This document shows, in pieces, positions 59,821 through 64,000 of a stretch of DNA of 64,000 bases. The notes under the pieces were generated by a model, which saw nothing but the letters and a program-made list of their open reading frames with translations, did not search any database and had not been told where the DNA came from. The position numbers and the translations under genes were made by a program. Position 1 is the first letter of the stretch, and each line of letters starts with the position of its first letter. This stretch comes from Candidatus Aenigmatarchaeota archaeon (GTDB lineage: Archaea > Aenigmatarchaeota > Aenigmatarchaeia > CG10238-14 > SpSt-28), in the NCBI GenBank assembly GCA_038997165.1, contig JAWBAK010000001.1:408917-472916 (forward strand), given 5' to 3'.

Positions 59821-60377
59821 TGAATACTTTAGAAGAAATAATAAGAAATACTTTAATAGATACTGGAATAATAACTTTTATTGTTCCCTCGCTATTATTT
59901 ATGACTTTAGTTTATGTTTTTCTAACTCGATCAAAAATTGTTGAGTCAAAAGCGATAGCTGGAATAATTTCTTTTTCAGTTTTTTTATTAGTATTAATTT
60001 TTCCAATAATATCTGGAATTAATATTTCAATATTTCTTTCAACTTTTTTTGTTCAAATGTTTTTTCTAACTTTAATTCTTTTAATAGGTTTGGTAACTTC
60101 TTCTATATTTTATTCGGATTTTTCAAAAGTATTAGAGAGATTTCAAAGAAGCAGAAGTATGGTAGTAGCTATGATAGTATTAGCAATAGTAATTTTTGTT
60201 ACTAGTGGAATGTTATCTTTTCTAATTTCAACATTGGGAGGACCTTCTGTTGCTTATGAAAAATTTGAAGGAAAAGCTGTACCAACTGAATTTACATTTA
60301 CTCTAGCTCTTTTAGTTTTGTTAGTTATATTTGCAGTGATATTAGTTGCTGCTGGAAGGTTGATTGGTAGAGAATGA
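59820..60377 (+). CDS. Multi-pass membrane protein
   Basis: About 5 TM helices; GIITFIVPSLLFMTLVYVFLTRSKIV motif. Confidence 0.75.
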   Translation: MNTLEEIIRNTLIDTGIITFIVPSLLFMTLVYVFLTRSKIVESKAIAGIISFSVFLLVLIFPIISGINISIFLSTFFVQMFFLTLILLIGLVTSSIFYSDFSKVLERFQRSRSMVVAMIVLAIVIFVTSGMLSFLISTLGGPSVAYEKFEGKAVPTEFTFTLALLVLLVIFAVILVAAGRLIGRE

Positions 60378-60910
60378 GCGATCCTATTACTGAATTAATT
60401 TTAACTCTTCAGAATTTAGGTTTTTTTAAATTTATTATTCCATTTATTTTAACATCTGCAGTTTTTTATGGATTATTAAGAAAAAGTAAAATATTTGGAG
60501 ATCCGAGAGAAAATATTGCCGTAAATGCTACTATTGCAATTTCTGCAGCTTTTTTAGTTTCTGCAGCTCCTATAATTGCTGGGATTGATATTACTTCTTA
60601 TCTTTCTGGTTTCTTAATTTATATAACATTTGTAATTGTTGCAATAATTGTAATTTCTTTTATTCCGTTTATTTTTAAACCTTCAATAAGCGAACTAGGA
60701 GCAACAATTAATAAAAAAACTTTTTTAGTAATGTTTTTTATTACTCTTATAATTTTTATTATTATTGGTTTACTAATTTTTAAAAATTTAAATTTTGCAT
60801 TTCCTCAAATAGCTTCCGAAGAATTTTATTCGACTTTAGGTTTAATAATATTTCTTATAATATTTTCAATAGTAATATATTTTTCTTTACGACCAACAAA
60901 AACTAGTTAA
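60374..60910 (+). CDS. Multi-pass membrane protein, paralogue of the preceding gene
   Basis: LGFFKFIIPFILTSAVFYGLLRKSKIFG..NATIAISAAF. Confidence 0.75.
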   Translation: MSDPITELILTLQNLGFFKFIIPFILTSAVFYGLLRKSKIFGDPRENIAVNATIAISAAFLVSAAPIIAGIDITSYLSGFLIYITFVIVAIIVISFIPFIFKPSISELGATINKKTFLVMFFITLIIFIIIGLLIFKNLNFAFPQIASEEFYSTLGLIIFLIIFSIVIYFSLRPTKTS

Positions 60911-61677
60911 AAATATTTTTCCGATATAAGTTCTAAACTTTCTTTTTCAATACTAGATAATTGAGATAGTAAAACTATTATAGAAGGTATTTCTATTTCT
61001 AATTCTTTTATTTTTTTAATTTTTCCAAAATAAATTTTTTCATCTTTAAAACCAATTTTACTTGCTACTAAAACTAAATCTTCTTCATTTATTATATTTT
61101 CTTTAAATTCATGTTCTAATTCAATTAAAAAGTTTAAAGCGTCTTTAGGCTTCAAAAATTCATTTCTTTCTATATCAATATCCAATAGACAAATCGTATG
61201 TAATTTGTTTTCTTTATTGATTTTTATATAATTATAAATGCTTTTTGGAAGTTCTGAAATTTTCGATTTAAGAGGTATAGTTATTATTTTACCAATTTTA
61301 TAACAACTTATTCCAAATGAAAAGATTGAACAAAAAGAGCAAGAAGAATGAATTATTTCAACTTTTATATTATTTTTTATTGCCTCATTTTTTAAAAAAA
61401 TATGCGTAGTTGCGAAAAATGGTTCGCCAAAAGTTAATATACAAACATTTTTTTCTTTTGCAATTTCTAAAATTTTTTTATAATTTTCTTCTAACTCATA
61501 TCTATTTAAAACAAAAATTTTTTTCCTTATAAATTTTTCTATTTCTTCTATAGAACTTTCAAACAAATTGGTATAATTTTCTAAAAAAATTATATCTGAA
61601 TTTTTTATTATTTCTAAACCTCTTACGCTTATATCTTTTATGTTTGCAATGCCCAATCCAACAAAATATAATGTCAT
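60907..61677 (-). CDS. dph5: Diphthine synthase
   Basis: LYFVGLG, DISVRGLE, LENYT, GEPFFATTH, YKIG...TIP, LHTICLLDI. Confidence 0.93.
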   Translation of the reverse strand: MTLYFVGLGIANIKDISVRGLEIIKNSDIIFLENYTNLFESSIEEIEKFIRKKIFVLNRYELEENYKKILEIAKEKNVCILTFGEPFFATTHIFLKNEAIKNNIKVEIIHSSCSFCSIFSFGISCYKIGKIITIPLKSKISELPKSIYNYIKINKENKLHTICLLDIDIERNEFLKPKDALNFLIELEHEFKENIINEEDLVLVASKIGFKDEKIYFGKIKKIKELEIEIPSIIVLLSQLSSIEKESLELISEKYF

Positions 61678-62486
61678 ATTGAAATAATTTTTATTTTATC
61701 ATTATCAATTTTTAAAGCACTTGCTTTTTCGTTTCCATAATACCCTTTCATAGAAAAAACTGTGATGACTTTATTATTATGGTTATATTTTATTCCATTA
61801 CATGGTTCATGACTTCTTATTACTAATTTTAGCTTATTATCTTCTAAGAATCTATTTGTTATATTGTAACCGAATAAATAACCAATTCCTCTATAAGAGG
61901 GTAAAAAACCTTCTATTTCATACGGATCATTCCATAATAATTGATTCCAAACGGAAATCGATTGTTTCCCAATATCTTCAATTTTTATTCTTTCAATTGG
62001 AATTCCGCCATGCACAAAAAAGAAATGTTCATTATAAGCTGCTAAACTTAATTTATTCCAAAAATTTTTAATTTCTTGATATATTTCTAATGCTTTATTT
62101 CCAAATCTTGCTAATAACTGTCTTGGTAAATCATGAGGAGAAACTATATATTTTTCGAAAAATTCGTGATTTCCTCTTAAAAGAATAATTTTATCTTTAA
62201 ATTCATATTTTAACTTTAATATTGTATAATAAACATCAACTTGATAATTTCCTCTATCTCCATAATCTCCTAAAAAAATTATTGTTTCATCTTCAACAAA
62301 TTTTAATAAATTCATTAAAGAATCATAATCTCCATGTAAATCACCTATAACGAACAATTTATTATTTTTGATTTTTTCAACAATATTCTGTTTTTTAATA
62401 TTAGTTATAAGATCTAAAAATTCTTTAAAAGTTATCTTTCCAAAATTTTTATCTATTTCATTTAAAATTTCTTTAATTTCGCTCAT
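61674..62486 (-). CDS. PPP-family Ser/Thr protein phosphatase (calcineurin-like)
   Basis: GDLHG, GDYGDRG, RGNHE, HGG, LLWNDP, RG.G..FG, IRSHE, TVFS. Confidence 0.92.
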   Translation of the reverse strand: MSEIKEILNEIDKNFGKITFKEFLDLITNIKKQNIVEKIKNNKLFVIGDLHGDYDSLMNLLKFVEDETIIFLGDYGDRGNYQVDVYYTILKLKYEFKDKIILLRGNHEFFEKYIVSPHDLPRQLLARFGNKALEIYQEIKNFWNKLSLAAYNEHFFFVHGGIPIERIKIEDIGKQSISVWNQLLWNDPYEIEGFLPSYRGIGYLFGYNITNRFLEDNKLKLVIRSHEPCNGIKYNHNNKVITVFSMKGYYGNEKASALKIDNDKIKIISI

Positions 62487-62512
62487 AAAAATAGTAAAAT
62501 AAGATTTTGTTA

Positions 62513-63190
62513 CTATTTATTGAAAAGTCTATATTTTAAACCTTCTTTAATAATCCAGAAAGCAACACCAAAAACTACTTTTATACCTCTTAATATTCTA
62601 CTCTTTCTATGATATTTAACTGTTACAGGTACAAAACCCAATTTTAAATTATTTTTTATACATTCTTTTAGAATCTTTGCTTCAATAATATATCCACCAC
62701 CTAAAACTTTCTTAAGAATTTTTGCTGCTTCAAATTTCATTGCTATATACCCATTACCTAAATCTCTAATATATTTACCAAAAAATAAGAAAAATAAAAA
62801 ACTCCAAAAATAATTTCCAAGCTTATGTCTAAAAGGGACATCTTTCCAACTTCTATATCCCTTAACTAAATCGTATCCTTCTTCTAATTTTTTAATTAAT
62901 CTTGGAGCTTCTTCTGGTAAATGTTGTAAATCAGCATCTATCAAAATTATATATTTCGTATTAGGTAAATTTTCAATTACATATTCGATTCCTGTTCTTA
63001 TGGCAAACCCTTTTCCTTTATTTTTTTTATGTTTAATAACTATTGCTCCACTTTTTTTTGCTATTTCATAAGTTTTATCTCTACTACCATCATCAACTAC
63101 TATTACTTCAAAATTTAGTTTTTTTAATCTTTTTACAACTTCATCTATTGTTTTTTCCTCATTAAATGCAGGAACTATTGCTACTTTCAT
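62513..63190 (-). CDS. GT2 glycosyltransferase (polyprenol-phosphate sugar synthase-like)
   Basis: VPAFNEE, VVDDGSRD.T, N.GKG.A, IDADLQH. Confidence 0.9.
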   Translation of the reverse strand: MKVAIVPAFNEEKTIDEVVKRLKKLNFEVIVVDDGSRDKTYEIAKKSGAIVIKHKKNKGKGFAIRTGIEYVIENLPNTKYIILIDADLQHLPEEAPRLIKKLEEGYDLVKGYRSWKDVPFRHKLGNYFWSFLFFLFFGKYIRDLGNGYIAMKFEAAKILKKVLGGGYIIEAKILKECIKNNLKLGFVPVTVKYHRKSRILRGIKVVFGVAFWIIKEGLKYRLFNK

Positions 63191-63192
63191 AT

Positions 63193-63393
63193 TTATTTGA
63201 CAACCATCCTTATATCTTCTTTTTTTAATGTTTTTCTTTTTGAGTTTATCATAATTTCTTTTGCCAATTCTAAAATGTTTCTTGAATATTCTTCAATAAA
63301 AAATTGTAATTCTTCGATCGCATCTTTTGATAATCTTCTAACTTTTAATTCTTTTGCAAGTCTTTTTAATGTATTTATAGGGAATTTCTTCAT
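63193..63393 (-). CDS. Archaeal histone (HMf-like), divergent
   Basis: P.....R..K....R.S.DA.......EE........A......KRKT....DI histone-fold pattern. Confidence 0.88.
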   Translation of the reverse strand: MKKFPINTLKRLAKELKVRRLSKDAIEELQFFIEEYSRNILELAKEIMINSKRKTLKKEDIRMVVK

Positions 63394-63399
63394 AAAATT

Positions 63400-63810
63400 A
63401 TGGAAGATTTTATAATTAAAACAATTTTGATAATAATTTTTAGTGGATTAGTTGGAATTGAAAGAGAAGTAAGACACAAGGCTGCTGGAATAAGAACTCA
63501 TATATTAGTTGGCTTATCTGCATTTATTTTTACACATTTTTCTATATTATATTTTGGTAATGCTGAAGCAGCAAGAATTATAGCAAATATTCTAGTTGGA
63601 ATGGGATTTATAGGGGCAGGAACTATAATTAAAGAAGAACATTCTGAAAAAGTTGTTGGAATAACTACTGCAGCTTCTTTATGGTTTGCTACTTCTATAG
63701 GAATTTTAGTAGGTTTAAATTTCTTAATCGAAGCTTTTATTCTATCTTTAATAGGTTTTTTTATTTTAGCTTCTAAAGAAATTTATTTAATTTTTTCTAA
63801 GAAATATTAA
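63400..63810 (+). CDS. MgtC/SapB family membrane protein
   Basis: GIERE..K.AGIRTH.LV, RIIANI..G.GFIGAG.I, GITTAASLW. Confidence 0.93.
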   Translation: MEDFIIKTILIIIFSGLVGIEREVRHKAAGIRTHILVGLSAFIFTHFSILYFGNAEAARIIANILVGMGFIGAGTIIKEEHSEKVVGITTAASLWFATSIGILVGLNFLIEAFILSLIGFFILASKEIYLIFSKKY

Positions 63811-64000
63811 ATGGTAGTTAGATTTAAGAAAAAAAGGAGGAGAGGAGAAAGGAGTTATCATGGTAGACATGGATATCCAAGAGGCGGAGGAAATAGGGGA
63901 GGAAGAGGTAGATCTGGAAAATTTGATCACAAATTAATGCATTTTTTAAAATATGAGAGAATTGAACAAAAAGGTTTTAAGTATCCGCTAAGAAGGGAGA
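63811..64000 (+). CDS. rpl15: 50S ribosomal protein L15 (uL15), 3'-truncated by the window
   Basis: MVVRFKKKRRRGERSYHGRHGYPRGGGNRGGRGRSGKFDHK...KGF. Confidence 0.85.
   Translation, partial: MVVRFKKKRRRGERSYHGRHGYPRGGGNRGGRGRSGKFDHKLMHFLKYERIEQKGFKYPLRRE

Overview
Very AT-rich, gene-dense archaeal chromosome segment. Gene content and compaction suggest a thermophilic or hyperthermophilic DPANN archaeon, possibly Aenigmarchaeota-like (inference): intact reverse gyrase, TmcA/Nat10, histone, exosome/proteasome superoperon, aCPSF1-psmB, FEN1, DNA ligase, GINS, ribosomal proteins, PEP synthase with an intein, and two tRNAs (intron-containing Met-CAT and Arg-TCG). The most striking element is a 5'-truncated gene of more than 3278 aa at the left end. 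It encodes a beta-helix/Ig-repeat surface protein with one transmembrane helix fused to a cytoplasmic HerA/VirB4-like ATPase, and it lies next to two long coiled-coil genes and a membrane protein. Other notable items: two type IV pilus-like loci (pilins with non-canonical class III signal peptides; a second ATPase among paralogous membrane proteins); decay zones 3' of both tRNAs, including an ogg (8-oxoG glycosylase) pseudogene; a GHKL-ATPase/zincin-like gene; a crenarchaeal-type arginine decarboxylase; TIP49; an aIF2-gamma with a eukaryote-like P-loop; and a histone lacking hypernucleosome residues. All calls come from motif recognition by eye; no database searches were run.
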